In this document: positions 1 through 10,024 of the stretch, piece by piece
How the letters are laid out: each line of letters begins with the position of its first letter
How positions within the stretch are numbered: the first letter of the stretch is position 1
Source: Candidatus Aenigmatarchaeota archaeon
GTDB taxonomy: Archaea > Aenigmatarchaeota > Aenigmatarchaeia > Aenigmatarchaeales > JACQIB01
Length of the DNA stretch: 64,000 nucleotides
Direction: 5' to 3'
NCBI GenBank assembly: GCA_016198755.1
Contig: JACQIB010000004.1
Coordinates: forward strand, 96,001-160,000
Made by a program: the position numbers and the translations under genes
The notes under the pieces: generated by a model
The model's input: only the letters and a program-made list of their open reading frames with translations
The model's database searches: none
Told to the model about the DNA's origin: nothing

Positions 1-1286
1 TTTATTATTTCAACAACACTTCCCTTGAAAGGCACAAACCCCTCCACCCCTTCAGGTGTATAGTCTAAAGCGTCTATCTCCTCTCCAATAGTTTCCCTGT
101 CTACAGCAGAATCAATTGAGGCAGAGCCCCTGTAAATTTTATACTTCCTCCCATTCCTTATAACAGTCATTCCCGGAGACTCATCTGTCCCAGCCAAAAG
201 GTTTCCAAGCATAACAGTAGAGGCTCCTGCAGCCAGAGCTTTTGTTATACTCCCTGATTTTTCTATTCCCCCATCAGCTATCAGCGGAACCCCATAATCC
301 TTTGCAATCTTTGCACATTCTAAAATTGCTGTTAATTGGGGAACGCCAGCTCCAGTTACAATGCGTGTAGTGCATGAACTGCCAGGTCCGACTCCAATTT
401 TAACAGCATCAGCACCCGCAACAATCAAATCCCTGCACCCCTCCCCCGTTGCAACATTCCCAGCAATAATCTCCACATCCCCAAAAGCCTTTTTCAGCTC
501 CCTTACAGTGTTTATCCCCAAGTCAGAGTGGCCATGTGCTAAATCCACGCAAATAACATCCGCTCCAGCTTCCAATAGCTTTCCAGCTCTTTCAATAAAC
601 CCTTTTTTCACCCCAACTGCAGCTCCAACCAAAAGCCTTCCTTTTCTGCTCTTCACAGCTTTCGGGTGGCTATATTGTCTTAGAATATCCTTGCTTGCTA
701 TCATTCCAGCTAAAGTTCCATCTGCAGTCACAAGCGGCAGCTTCTCAATTTTGTATTCCTGCAGTATTTCCTTTGCCCGTTCAATAGTGGTTCCTGCAGG
801 TGCTGTTATAGCCTTCCCTACAGGGGTCATTATTTCTGAAGCTTCTTTTTTTAGATCTGTTTCGAATCTTATATCCCTTGAAGTTATAATTCCCTTCAGC
901 TTTCTTTCAGGGCTTACAACAAGAATGCTGTGCACCCCCTGCTCTGACATTATGTTCTGTATATCATGCAATGTTTGGTTTGGAAGGACTGTAAATGGGT
1001 TGTCTATAACTATTGTTTCAGCTCTTTTAACCCTCAAAACCTTTTCCACCTGCTTTTCTATTGGAAGGAAACGGTGTATAATTCCTATTCCCCCCTCCCT
1101 TGCTAAAGCAATAGCCATTTTAGCTTCGCAGACAGTATCCATGTTAGCTGCAACTATGGGAATATTCAATTTTATTCTGCGTGAAAGCATTACTTCAGTA
1201 TTTATATCTTTCCTCGAGTTAACAGAAGATCTTTTTGGAATAAGCAAAACATCATCATAAGAAAGCCCTTCCTTGATTTCAACCAT
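1..1286 (-). CDS. guaB: IMP dehydrogenase (with CBS domains), 3' end runs off the window
   Basis: Absent from the ORF track. The minus strand from ATG 1286 reads [17 protein letters not shown]...[13 protein letters not shown]...GGIGIIHR and contains the catalytic [11 protein letters not shown] loop and IADGG motif. Confidence 0.95.
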   Translation of the reverse strand, partial: MVEIKEGLSYDDVLLIPKRSSVNSRKDINTEVMLSRRIKLNIPIVAANMDTVCEAKMAIALAREGGIGIIHRFLPIEKQVEKVLRVKRAETIVIDNPFTVLPNQTLHDIQNIMSEQGVHSILVVSPERKLKGIITSRDIRFETDLKKEASEIMTPVGKAITAPAGTTIERAKEILQEYKIEKLPLVTADGTLAGMIASKDILRQYSHPKAVKSRKGRLLVGAAVGVKKGFIERAGKLLEAGADVICVDLAHGHSDLGINTVRELKKAFGDVEIIAGNVATGEGCRDLIVAGADAVKIGVGPGSSCTTRIVTGAGVPQLTAILECAKIAKDYGVPLIADGGIEKSGSITKALAAGASTVMLGNLLAGTDESPGMTVIRNGRKYKIYRGSASIDSAVDRETIGEEIDALDYTPEGVEGFVPFKGSVVEII

Positions 1287-1376
1287 TTTATCCCCTACAG
1301 CTACTGTTCTGTAGAAATAAATCCTTTTGTTTGCTGCTGCAGCAGCTTTAAAATCCTTTGCAGACAATACTGGGCT

Positions 1377-1853
1377 ATGAAAGGGATAGAGTCAATGCCA
1401 ATAAGGATATTAGCTTCAGTTTTCATTTTGTTTGCTGTTGTTTCAGTTGGATTATGGCAGCTTGGCTGGTTTACAAACTTTAAAACAGAGGCAGAATTCA
1501 AGCAGAATACTGTTGAGTTCTCGCAGAAGATACAGACTCTAAAGGCTGTTGGAACAGGTTCTTTTGATTCTGAAACAGTTCATGTTCCTGATGGCTGGAC
1601 ATTTACAGTGGATTTGGCAGAGAATACTGTTTATGCAAGGCCAAAGGGAGGAGCAAACTTTACTGTTAATGTTACAGCAAACCTTGTAAAGTTCAAGGCT
1701 TTGGATCCCTCAACCGGAAACATGAAAATCTACACTGATGCAACGAAAGATAGTTCTGTTGAGTTTTCAAAGGGCACTTACAACATAAGGCTGTACTATG
1801 GACAGTTGGATGATGATAAGGTTAAAGACTGGACACTTGTTTTTGGTGGTTAA
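1377..1853 (+). CDS. Type IV pilin-like protein (putative class III signal peptide)
   Basis: MKG|IESMP followed by a hydrophobic helix and a beta-rich domain; first of four abutting small genes. Confidence 0.6.
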   Translation: MKGIESMPIRILASVFILFAVVSVGLWQLGWFTNFKTEAEFKQNTVEFSQKIQTLKAVGTGSFDSETVHVPDGWTFTVDLAENTVYARPKGGANFTVNVTANLVKFKALDPSTGNMKIYTDATKDSSVEFSKGTYNIRLYYGQLDDDKVKDWTLVFGG

Positions 1854-2195
1854 ATGATAGATTGGTTTGCTGCGCGCATGGGAATACTTATATTTGCAAT
1901 AGCTGCAGCTGGAGTTCTTTTAGTGTTTGTTTCTTTCCAGAGCCAGTTTTTTGTTGCACAGCAGAACGCTTTAACAGCTTCCACTCTTGCAAGGGCAGCT
2001 GATCTCCTCCCTGAAATGGCTTACTTGAATTATACTCTGCCTCCGAACTCAAAGCTGGAAATGAAGGATGGAATTATAAGCATTGAGAAATTGGAGCGCT
2101 CATTCCTGTCAAAAGCTGATACAGCAGGCCCGTTATCTGGAACTGTTAGTTTGTACAGGGAAAATGGGAAAATAAAGGTGGTAAATATTGCCTGA
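1854..2195 (+). CDS. Small N-terminally anchored membrane protein (minor pilin-like cluster)
   Basis: N-terminal TM helix; starts directly after the upstream stop (TAAATG). Confidence 0.55.
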   Translation: MIDWFAARMGILIFAIAAAGVLLVFVSFQSQFFVAQQNALTASTLARAADLLPEMAYLNYTLPPNSKLEMKDGIISIEKLERSFLSKADTAGPLSGTVSLYRENGKIKVVNIA

Positions 2196-2523
2196 GGAAT
2201 TATTATCTGCTGTAATAGCTTCTATACTGCTTTTGCTGTTCTTACTCAGTATTATCTTTATTTATGGGAAGGCAGCTGAAAGGCTTGACTATACAGAACT
2301 GAGAAGGGGAGCATGGGCTGGCGCAGAGTTTTTTGTTTATAATGGTTCAGCACATGCAAAGCTTTCCTTTGCTAATGCAACAAACTTATCCAATGTATCC
2401 CAGCCCTTCCCCAGCTATCCACAATATAATTTTGAACATACTGTAGCAGTTTCAAGAATTCCCTATATTAACGGGACAGCACCCAACTACCCTTTTATGG
2501 TGGAGTTTTATGTTGGCAGGTAA
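2188..2523 (+). CDS. Small N-terminally anchored membrane protein (minor pilin-like cluster)
   Basis: TTG start overlapping the upstream gene, GGTGG upstream, N-terminal TM helix. Confidence 0.5.
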   Translation: MPEELLSAVIASILLLLFLLSIIFIYGKAAERLDYTELRRGAWAGAEFFVYNGSAHAKLSFANATNLSNVSQPFPSYPQYNFEHTVAVSRIPYINGTAPNYPFMVEFYVGR

Positions 2524-3112
2524 AGGTCAGGCTTCAATGATAGACATACTTATACTCACACTAATAGTTTCTGCTCTTTTTGTTTTTGTTTATGTACTGC
2601 CAAATGCTGCTGACACAGCTCTGGAAAGCAGAGGGGAGGCTGCATACAACCGTGCTGTACTTTCCAGCCTACTGAACTGGACAAACGCAACCTACGGTCC
2701 TTACTATAATGCTTTTAACAACAAGGCAGGCGTGAGCTTTGGGCAGGCTGCAGACCTTTATTTCTGCTGTAATAAAGGGGACGCTTGCTTTGGGAAGCTT
2801 GGACCAAAAGAGAAGGATGTGGAGGAGCGGCTGGAGGTTTCAGCTGCGGATTTTTTAAATAAAACAGCAAGGAACGAGTTTTACTATATTTTGTTTACTG
2901 ATTTCACAAATCCCGCTGGAAAGCAGAGGCAGCTGATAGCTTACAACAACCAGTCAGATGTTTGTTCATCAAGCCTTATAGTAACTTCTTTCAACCTGAA
3001 TCTTACTTGTTCTACCTCAGACAAACCTTTGGCTTTCCAGTATGCGCAGTGGAGGATTGGAAAGGATGTTAAAAGGGCAGCAGACTGCGAGAGAGTAACC
3101 ACAACTACTTGA
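2510..3112 (+). CDS. Type IV pilin-like protein with class III signal peptide
   Basis: KG|QASMID plus hydrophobic helix matches the archaeal prepilin pattern; Cys-containing globular domain. Confidence 0.65.
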   Translation: MLAGKGQASMIDILILTLIVSALFVFVYVLPNAADTALESRGEAAYNRAVLSSLLNWTNATYGPYYNAFNNKAGVSFGQAADLYFCCNKGDACFGKLGPKEKDVEERLEVSAADFLNKTARNEFYYILFTDFTNPAGKQRQLIAYNNQSDVCSSSLIVTSFNLNLTCSTSDKPLAFQYAQWRIGKDVKRAADCERVTTTT

Positions 3113-3746
3113 GTTCTGGGTGGAAAACTCTTGCTGAGGGGCACAAATTCTTTAAAATACAGGCAGGGCAGCGCGGTGAGCGCGCAGTGCAAACAGCTCT
3201 TCCATGGGCAATCAAAAGCAGGTTAACATTGTCCCAGTCTGCGCGCGGGAACAGCTTTATCAAATCCTGCTCTGTTTTGTCTGGTGTTTTTCCCTCGCTC
3301 AGTCCAAGTCTGTGAGAAAGCCTGAACACATGAGTGTCTACTGCAATCCCCTCCATTTTTCCATGAATATTTGCAAGAACAATATTGGCTGTTTTCCTCG
3401 CTACTCCCGGCAATTCTGTAAGCTGTTCCATAGAGTCTGGAATTTTCCCTTTATGTTTTTCCAGCAAAATCCGGGCAGAGCCGCGGATGTATTTGGCTTT
3501 TTGTTTGTAAAACCCAGTTGGATGGATTATTTTCTCCAGTTCTTTCAAATCAGCTGAAGCATAATCTTTCAGGGTTTTATACCTTGAAAACAAAACGGGT
3601 GTTACTTTGTTAACTCTCTCATCAGTACATTGAGCAGAAAGTATTGTAGCAAACAAAAGCTCGTGCGGCTTTCCATGGTGAAGATAACATTTTACATCTG
3701 GATACTCTTTCTTGAGCAGCCCGAGAATTTTCTTAGCATTTTCCAT
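3105..3746 (-). CDS. nth: Endonuclease III
   Basis: LSAQCTD, HhH motif LPGVARKTAN, VDTHV and 4Fe-4S motif CTARSPRCPACILKNLC; start moved to MENAKK at 3746. Confidence 0.95.
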   Translation of the reverse strand: MENAKKILGLLKKEYPDVKCYLHHGKPHELLFATILSAQCTDERVNKVTPVLFSRYKTLKDYASADLKELEKIIHPTGFYKQKAKYIRGSARILLEKHKGKIPDSMEQLTELPGVARKTANIVLANIHGKMEGIAVDTHVFRLSHRLGLSEGKTPDKTEQDLIKLFPRADWDNVNLLLIAHGRAVCTARSPRCPACILKNLCPSARVFHPELK

Positions 3747-4113
3747 ACTTATCAGTGTTCTGCAAAGCTCTGAGAGGGAGTAAAGCACACTTAAGGCGCG
3801 CAGGACTAACAGAAATCCCAAGCAAATCTATCACTTCTTTCTCCCCTGTATTTTTCAGCTCTTCAATTTTCTTCCCTATCAAATTTTCTAAAAGCATGCT
3901 TGTAGCAGCCTGCGAGATTGCGCACCCCTTCCCTTCAAACTTCGCTTCAGTAACCTTTCCCTTCTTATCAGCCTTAATATAGAGTGTAATCTCATCTCCG
4001 CAGAGAGTGTTAACTTCCCTGACTTTTATCTCTGCTTTTGCGATCTTCCCTTTATTCGGCGGATGTGTATAGTAGTCTATAATCTGCTCGGCATACATAT
4101 CCATTCTGCTCAC
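3733..4113 (-). CDS. sufU: SufU/IscU-family Fe-S scaffold or sulfur-transfer protein
   Basis: NTLCGD, GCAISQA and RLKCA conserved Cys motifs; no LPPVK motif. Confidence 0.85.
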   Translation of the reverse strand: MSRMDMYAEQIIDYYTHPPNKGKIAKAEIKVREVNTLCGDEITLYIKADKKGKVTEAKFEGKGCAISQAATSMLLENLIGKKIEELKNTGEKEVIDLLGISVSPARLKCALLPLRALQNTDKYGKC

Positions 4114-4166
4114 TCAAAAGAACTGGTTGAAAGAAGTTTATTAAGCTTTCCAATAGTATTCGTTAC

Positions 4167-4940
4167 ATGGAAAATAGGTGGTTCTGGGATCTGCATAATA
4201 CGCTGGAAACAGGTACACCGCATGCAGATGCCTGTGCTTTCAATAAGTATTTGGCAGCAAAAAATATAGAGAGAAGGTATACGGCAGAGCAGATACGTGC
4301 AGCAGGCCCAACATGGTCTATAAGGCTGAAGACTCTTGTTCCAGATCTGCTTGTAAATGATCAGGCAATTACAGATTTAAGAGAAAAGCAGATTGCTGCA
4401 ATACCTAAATTCTGCAAAGCAACCCCTGGTGCAGTGGAAACCCTGCGTTATATACGTAGTAGGGGAGATGTTAATGCAATAGTTTCATGGTCAAGGCCAA
4501 CTGTATTAAAAGCCTATATGAATGCTTTGGGGTTTGCCGGCTATGTGAACGGGGGAGTTTTCAGCGTTTATGATGCAATGGACGAAGCAAAAAGAGCAGG
4601 CACAAGCATTTCAAACGACACAGACAGCGTGCCCTTCTATAAAGCCCGCATAATGGGCAGATTTTTGGACGATGATGTACCAATCTTTACAGTAGGTGAT
4701 ATGGAAGGGGATGTGGAAGCCGGACTAATGCTGGAGAAGGAGAGGGTTGCTAAAGGCAAAACACATCCGGTGACAACAATGCTGTTTTCTCCAGATGATA
4801 CAAGCCAGAAAAGCAAGGCTAATCATGTTATAAAAATACTGCCTGAGGTTGTATCTATTGTTTATGGGGATATTCTGAATTGCGTGCCTAGGTGGTGCTA
4901 TGCAAGCTGGTATTACAAGCGAGTATCAGGACAGCAATAA
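4167..4940 (+). CDS. HAD-superfamily hydrolase-like protein
   Basis: Degenerate motif I (WDLHNT), PGAVETL, VS motif II, GD...DVEAG motif IV. Confidence 0.65.
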   Translation: MENRWFWDLHNTLETGTPHADACAFNKYLAAKNIERRYTAEQIRAAGPTWSIRLKTLVPDLLVNDQAITDLREKQIAAIPKFCKATPGAVETLRYIRSRGDVNAIVSWSRPTVLKAYMNALGFAGYVNGGVFSVYDAMDEAKRAGTSISNDTDSVPFYKARIMGRFLDDDVPIFTVGDMEGDVEAGLMLEKERVAKGKTHPVTTMLFSPDDTSQKSKANHVIKILPEVVSIVYGDILNCVPRWCYASWYYKRVSGQQ

Positions 4941-4996
4941 ACAGTCACGTTTTCTTCTGTTCCAAAAAAGGACTTGTTGACATAAGTGTTTACATA

Positions 4997-5042
4997 TATT
5001 CAAAAATGGATTATATAATCCATAAATGAATAGATTTAAATA
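4997..5042 (+). promoter_or_regulatory. Twin palindromic operator-like sites plus TATA box of MNT-HEPN pair 1
   Basis: ATTCA-N4-TGGAT (4998-5011) and ATCCA-N4-TGAAT (5018-5031), then TTTAAATA (5035-5042) 23 nt before the ATG. Confidence 0.65.
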
Positions 5043-5065
5043 TAGCCCGATACAGTATTATATGT

Positions 5066-5647
5066 ATGCTGGAATACATACTCGATTCCAAGGAAAAAGT
5101 GCGTATACTGCGATTACTTGTCAATAGCCCCAGCCATATATTTCACGAAACAGAAATTGTCAGAATGCTGAAATTGCCTCAGGCAACAATTAACAGAAAG
5201 CTAAGGTCTTTAGCAGAGCAGAATATAATTTCCAGATACAAAAAGGGCAGAACGACCGTATACAGGCTAAACGACGAAAATTATATTGTTAGAGATATGT
5301 TAAAACCATTAATAAAGGCTGAAAAAAACACACCATTGGAGAGGTCTAATTATTTATGTGGAAAATTGATCGGACATATAATAGGCATTGTGTTTGGCTC
5401 TGCAGCACGGAATGAAATGAAACCTACAAGCGACGTAGATTTGGCAATTATTACAGATAAAACCAGAGAGACAGAGAGAATAGCATTTAAAATAAACCAG
5501 GAAATTTTTGATAGGGACGGGATGATAATTTCACTTCACATATTCAATTATAAAGATTTTAGAAAAAGATATAGATCGGGAGACCTATTAATTCGCGAAA
5601 TTGCCAATGGTAAAGTGGTGTACGGAGATATAGAAGAGGTGTTATAA
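5066..5647 (+). CDS. wHTH-MNT (minimal nucleotidyltransferase) antitoxin
   Basis: N-terminal wHTH; FGSAAR...SDVDL MNT motif. Confidence 0.9.
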   Translation: MLEYILDSKEKVRILRLLVNSPSHIFHETEIVRMLKLPQATINRKLRSLAEQNIISRYKKGRTTVYRLNDENYIVRDMLKPLIKAEKNTPLERSNYLCGKLIGHIIGIVFGSAARNEMKPTSDVDLAIITDKTRETERIAFKINQEIFDRDGMIISLHIFNYKDFRKRYRSGDLLIREIANGKVVYGDIEEVL

Positions 5648-6039
5648 TGGCAAGAGAGTATAATAGGATATATGCAAAAGAGTTCTTTGAAAAGTCAAAG
5701 CGATTCCTCGAGCTTGCAAAAAATGCAGTAAATCAGTATCCAGATGAAGCGGCTTTCATTGCTATTCAAGCTACAATAAATGCTAATGATGCATTTACCA
5801 TAGCTATAATAGGAAAAAGAGCCAGCGCAGAACATAACGAAGCCATATCATTACATAAAAAGGCAGCTGCAATAATTGGGGAGTCAAAATCAGATGTACT
5901 AAATTTTGAGCTGGATAAAAGAAGTTCTACAGGATATGATATTAAAACGCATCTCGGGAGGGTAGAAGCAGAAATTTTTATAAAAAGAACAGAAAGGTTT
6001 CTCAGCTGGGTAGAGGAAAAAATAAAGGATGTGGATTAG
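5647..6039 (+). CDS. HEPN domain protein (toxin partner)
   Basis: All-helical 130 aa with RASAEH; overlaps the MNT stop; similar to the HEPNs at 15985 and 23027. Confidence 0.85.
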   Translation: MAREYNRIYAKEFFEKSKRFLELAKNAVNQYPDEAAFIAIQATINANDAFTIAIIGKRASAEHNEAISLHKKAAAIIGESKSDVLNFELDKRSSTGYDIKTHLGRVEAEIFIKRTERFLSWVEEKIKDVD

Positions 6040-6040
6040 C

Positions 6041-6703
6041 ATGAAACCCCTGATAATTTTTGATATGGATTGGACTTTGATTAAGCTTGTAATGACCTGG
6101 GAGGATGTGATAGAGGAGCTTTCAGAGCTTTTTAGAAGATATGGCGTTCAGCTAGATACACGTGGGAATATTATAGCCGAGGTTTTTTCAAAATCAAGCA
6201 ACATGAAAGAAGGGAAAAAGCTGCTGAAGCAGGCATATGGCATAATAGATAAATATGAGGCTGTCGGGTCAAAGAATGCAGTTGTTCTTGGAAACAGCCC
6301 TTCCATACTGAAGGAACTGGAACAAAACTATAATTTGGCAATAGTCAGCAACAACGGGGACAAAGCTATAAAGACTGCTTTAAAGACAGTTGGAGTATCT
6401 TTGAAAACATTCAAGTCCATAATAAGCAGGGACAGCCATGAAAAGCCAAAACCCTCTCCTGTGCCAATAATAGAAATGCTGAAAAAATTTCCGGGAACAA
6501 AAGTTGTTTATGTTGTAGGTGATGAGCCTGTGGATATTTTGTGCGGAAAAGCTGCTGCTAAACTGGTTAACGGAATAAGCATTTACACTGTTGGGATAAT
6601 GGGTGGCTGGATAGGGAAGGAGAAAGTACTCAGATCAAAACCTGATTTTGTTATAAAAAATATAGAGGAACTCCCAGCCCTGCTTTCGAAGCAGCCTTTA
6701 TAA
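6041..6703 (+). CDS. HAD-family phosphatase (phosphoglycolate phosphatase-like)
   Basis: IIFDMDWT, VSNN, KPSP and GD..VD motifs. Confidence 0.85.
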   Translation: MKPLIIFDMDWTLIKLVMTWEDVIEELSELFRRYGVQLDTRGNIIAEVFSKSSNMKEGKKLLKQAYGIIDKYEAVGSKNAVVLGNSPSILKELEQNYNLAIVSNNGDKAIKTALKTVGVSLKTFKSIISRDSHEKPKPSPVPIIEMLKKFPGTKVVYVVGDEPVDILCGKAAAKLVNGISIYTVGIMGGWIGKEKVLRSKPDFVIKNIEELPALLSKQPL

Positions 6704-6726
6704 GTCCGCATAGTCAAAAACTAAAA

Positions 6727-7611
6727 ATGGAGCGGGGATACTGGTATGTTATTCTGTCAGGTATCTTGGCTGGAACAGTTGTTTCCGGCGGCAGGTTCTT
6801 TGGGGAATTAGGTATGTCATTTTATCAGCTTTCAATTTTTTGGTTTGGATTAAGTGCATTGATTTTGTTCCCGTTCCTGTTGGTAAAAAAAGAGCTGCGT
6901 TTGGATAGGAAATCTTTTATATTCTATATAGCCTGCGGCCTTATAGGAACTGTTATAATGTTTGGACAGTTTTTACCCCTGTTTATGGGTGTGTCTGTTG
7001 CTGTTGTTGTTCTTCTTCTTTATACACAGCCATTATGGACAGCTATCTTTGGAAGGGTTTTGTTTAAGGAAAGGTTCACAAAATATAAGATTGCAGCAAT
7101 TATTTTGGTGCTGATAGGTATAGCTTTGCTCGCAAATCCTTTTCAGTCAGCTGGCATAGGCAACTTGTCTGGAATAGCTATTGCGTTGGCAGGAGGATTG
7201 GGATTATCAGGTTGGGTTATAACAGGGAAGGTTTCAGAAAACCGCAAGTACAATTCAATTAAAACAGTTTTTTACTTTAATCTTTTTACAACAGTGTTTC
7301 TTGCTGCAACATACCTTTTAGCTGTACAATTCCCAGCTGCCGGCAGTGCAACAGGATTAATGTTCAATTTTCCTCCAGCAGTGTGGCTTCTTTTTGTACT
7401 CTATTCAATTGCAAATGTAGGCACTTTCCTATTCCTGTATAAAGGTATTGCGACTATTACTGCATCGACTGCAGGCATAATACTGCTTTTGGAGCCTGTT
7501 GTTGCTACATTGATTGCAGCAGCCTTCCTGAACCAGCCTTTGACAATAAATATTCTTGCTGGGGGAGGAATAATTTTGCTAGCTAACTATATTTCAATAA
7601 AAAGCAAATAA
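6727..7611 (+). CDS. EamA/DMT-family transporter
   Basis: About 10 TM helices, LLLYTQPLW...LFKERF, LLLEPVVA. Confidence 0.9.
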   Translation: MERGYWYVILSGILAGTVVSGGRFFGELGMSFYQLSIFWFGLSALILFPFLLVKKELRLDRKSFIFYIACGLIGTVIMFGQFLPLFMGVSVAVVVLLLYTQPLWTAIFGRVLFKERFTKYKIAAIILVLIGIALLANPFQSAGIGNLSGIAIALAGGLGLSGWVITGKVSENRKYNSIKTVFYFNLFTTVFLAATYLLAVQFPAAGSATGLMFNFPPAVWLLFVLYSIANVGTFLFLYKGIATITASTAGIILLLEPVVATLIAAAFLNQPLTINILAGGGIILLANYISIKSK

Positions 7612-7614
7612 TAT

Positions 7615-8841
7615 CTAAGCCAGCTTGAAAACTTTCCTTGCTTTTTCCAGACCCAGAACAAGTTTGTCTATATCTGAGCGTGTGTTGTATAGATAGAAGC
7701 TGGCTCTTGCTACTGCGGTTACACCGAGCCTGTCCATTAATGGCTGTGCGCAGGCATGGCCGGAACGGATTGCTATACCCTCGGAATTCAGAATACTTGC
7801 TATATCATGTGGATGCACACCGCGCAGTTCAAAGGATACAACGCCGCTGCGCATTTTATAGTTTTTCGGTCCGAAAATTTTCATCCCCCTGATATCAGAG
7901 AGCTTTTCCAGAGTATAGTCTGTCAATTCTTTGTCATGGTCCCTGATTTTTTTCATTCCAACTTTCTGCAAATAGTCAACTGCAGCTCCCAGCCCAATTG
8001 CTCCTGCAATGTTTGGTGTCCCAGCTTCGAATTTCCATGGAAGGGAGTTGTAAACAGTTTTTTGCAGTCCAACTTCCTTTATCATATCCCCTCCTCCCAG
8101 AAAGGGCTGTAACTTTGCCAAAAGTCCCTCTTTTCCATACAAAACCCCTATTCCAGTCGGTCCAAGCATTTTGTGGCCTGAGAAAGCCAGAAAATCTATA
8201 TCCAGTTTCTTCACATCCACAGGCATATGCGGCACAGACTGAGCTCCATCCACAATAAGCAAAGAGTCATTGTCATGAGCTAGTTTAGATATAGCGGAGA
8301 CAGGGTTTATTGTCCCTAAAACATTTGAAACATGTGTTACTGTAACGAGCTTTGTTTTTTTTGTTAAAAGTTTTTCATACTGCTCCATTTTCAAAGTTCC
8401 ATCAGGGTTCACATCCACAAACTTCAGCTTAATTCCCTTTGCTTTCAAAAACTGCCATGGAACAATATTGCTGTGATGTTCCATAACAGTGCTCAGCACT
8501 TCGTCTCCGCGTTTAAGTTTCCCAAAACCTAAGCTGTAAACTAAAAGATTGAGAGCTTCAGTTGTGTTGCGAGTGAAAATAACCTCTGCAGGTTTGGTTC
8601 CAATAAAGCTGGCAACTTTCTCTCTCCCGCTTTCATATTCTTCAGTAGCCTCCTCAGCAAGTTTATGTACCCCGCGTGCAACATTTGCTGTATAAGACAT
8701 ATAGTACCCGTTCATTGCATCCAAAACACTTACGGGCTTGAGAGAGGTTGCAGCGCTATCTAAATATACCAAGGTCTTACCATTTACCTTTCTCTTTAGT
8801 ACAGGAAAATCTTTCCTGAATTTTTTAAAATCAACTGGCAT
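7615..8841 (-). CDS. sufS: Cysteine desulfurase SufS
   Basis: YLDSAATS, EHHSN, FSGHKMLGPTG (PLP Lys), RSGHACA (group II catalytic Cys). Confidence 0.97.
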   Translation of the reverse strand: MPVDFKKFRKDFPVLKRKVNGKTLVYLDSAATSLKPVSVLDAMNGYYMSYTANVARGVHKLAEEATEEYESGREKVASFIGTKPAEVIFTRNTTEALNLLVYSLGFGKLKRGDEVLSTVMEHHSNIVPWQFLKAKGIKLKFVDVNPDGTLKMEQYEKLLTKKTKLVTVTHVSNVLGTINPVSAISKLAHDNDSLLIVDGAQSVPHMPVDVKKLDIDFLAFSGHKMLGPTGIGVLYGKEGLLAKLQPFLGGGDMIKEVGLQKTVYNSLPWKFEAGTPNIAGAIGLGAAVDYLQKVGMKKIRDHDKELTDYTLEKLSDIRGMKIFGPKNYKMRSGVVSFELRGVHPHDIASILNSEGIAIRSGHACAQPLMDRLGVTAVARASFYLYNTRSDIDKLVLGLEKARKVFKLA

Positions 8842-10024
8842 TTGAAACCTTCTCCTCCAGTATAGTCTTTATTTTCCCCCTTAAAACTTCATCTGGTATC
8901 CTTTGTAATACAGGCTCAAAATATCCCTGCACAATAAGCCTCTCAGCCTCCCTCCTTTCAAGTCCGCGGCTCATCAGATAAAATAGCTGCTCTTCATCCA
9001 CTTTTCCAACAGAAGCCTCATGTCCTGCCTGCACATCGTTTGTATCTATTTCAAGGCTTGGTATAACATCAGATTTTGATTTATCCCCAAACAAAAGAGT
9101 ATGGCCGCGCAGCCAGCTGTTTGCTCCCAGAGCAGATTTGTATATTTTGTTTACTCCCCTGTGCACAGCAGTTGAATTTCCAAAGAGAGCGCCGCGCGCA
9201 AGTATATCATAGGTTGTGTGCGGAACCAAATGCTGGACAGAAGTTTGTAGCTCTATATTTTGTTTTCCTGTGCCAATATAGGATCCGTAAACTTTTGCTT
9301 CAGATCCTTTGCCCTGCAAAGCACAGTCAAGTCTGAGCCTTGAAAAATCCCCACCGAAAATACAGAAAACCTGCTCCAGTCTAGAGTCTTTGTCCAGCAA
9401 AACCCGTTTAATTGAAAATTCAACGCCTGAAGACAGGTTTTGCAGGCTTATTATTTTGGCCTGAGTCCCCTCCTTCAGGAAAATCTCAAAAAAGTTGCTG
9501 AAATAGGAAGCTGGTCCCCCCAAATCTTCTATTAAAGTAAAAGAGCTTCCAGGCTCTGCTACTATTATAGAGTGCATAAAGTTCGAGCCTGTAACAATTT
9601 CTGAGAGTAAAAGCGGTTTAGTCAGGTTTGTTTTTGCAGGTATATACAAAAGAGAGCCTTTGGAAAAGCATGCAGAGTGCAGGGCCGTGAAAATATTTTC
9701 CTCTGGTTTTATTGCTGAAAATATATATTTTTTCAGTATATCTGAATGATCTTTTATTGCCGTTTCAATATCACAGAAAATAATCCCTGATTTTTCCAGC
9801 TCTCCGGATAAAGTTTGTTTTATATTTCCTTTATCTGCAGACGATTTGATATTAAGGAGAGAAAAATCAGTGTACTTCCATTCTTCTATTTTTCTTATTG
9901 GCTCAGGCATGGATTTAAACAAATCCAGTCCATGTTTTCTCTTTTCAGACAGCCATGCAGGTTCTGTTTTAGAAGTTATAATAGGTATATCAAAATCTAT
10001 TTTTGGGTTCAAGAACTCACCCAA
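8831..10024 (-). CDS. sufD: Fe-S cluster assembly protein SufD
   Basis: EEWKYT, PSLEI...VQAGHEASVG, QLFYLMSRG. The start could be the TTG slightly downstream. Confidence 0.92.
   Translation of the reverse strand: MGEFLNPKIDFDIPIITSKTEPAWLSEKRKHGLDLFKSMPEPIRKIEEWKYTDFSLLNIKSSADKGNIKQTLSGELEKSGIIFCDIETAIKDHSDILKKYIFSAIKPEENIFTALHSACFSKGSLLYIPAKTNLTKPLLLSEIVTGSNFMHSIIVAEPGSSFTLIEDLGGPASYFSNFFEIFLKEGTQAKIISLQNLSSGVEFSIKRVLLDKDSRLEQVFCIFGGDFSRLRLDCALQGKGSEAKVYGSYIGTGKQNIELQTSVQHLVPHTTYDILARGALFGNSTAVHRGVNKIYKSALGANSWLRGHTLLFGDKSKSDVIPSLEIDTNDVQAGHEASVGKVDEEQLFYLMSRGLERREAERLIVQGYFEPVLQRIPDEVLRGKIKTILEEKVSNAS

Noticed and set aside
361-1260. 299-aa plus-strand ORF
   Set aside because: Antisense shadow of guaB, which has clear motifs on the minus strand.
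1295-1314. CTACAG-N8-CTGTAG inverted repeat upstream of guaB
   Set aside because: Only a 6-bp stem with no riboswitch or terminator features; could be chance.
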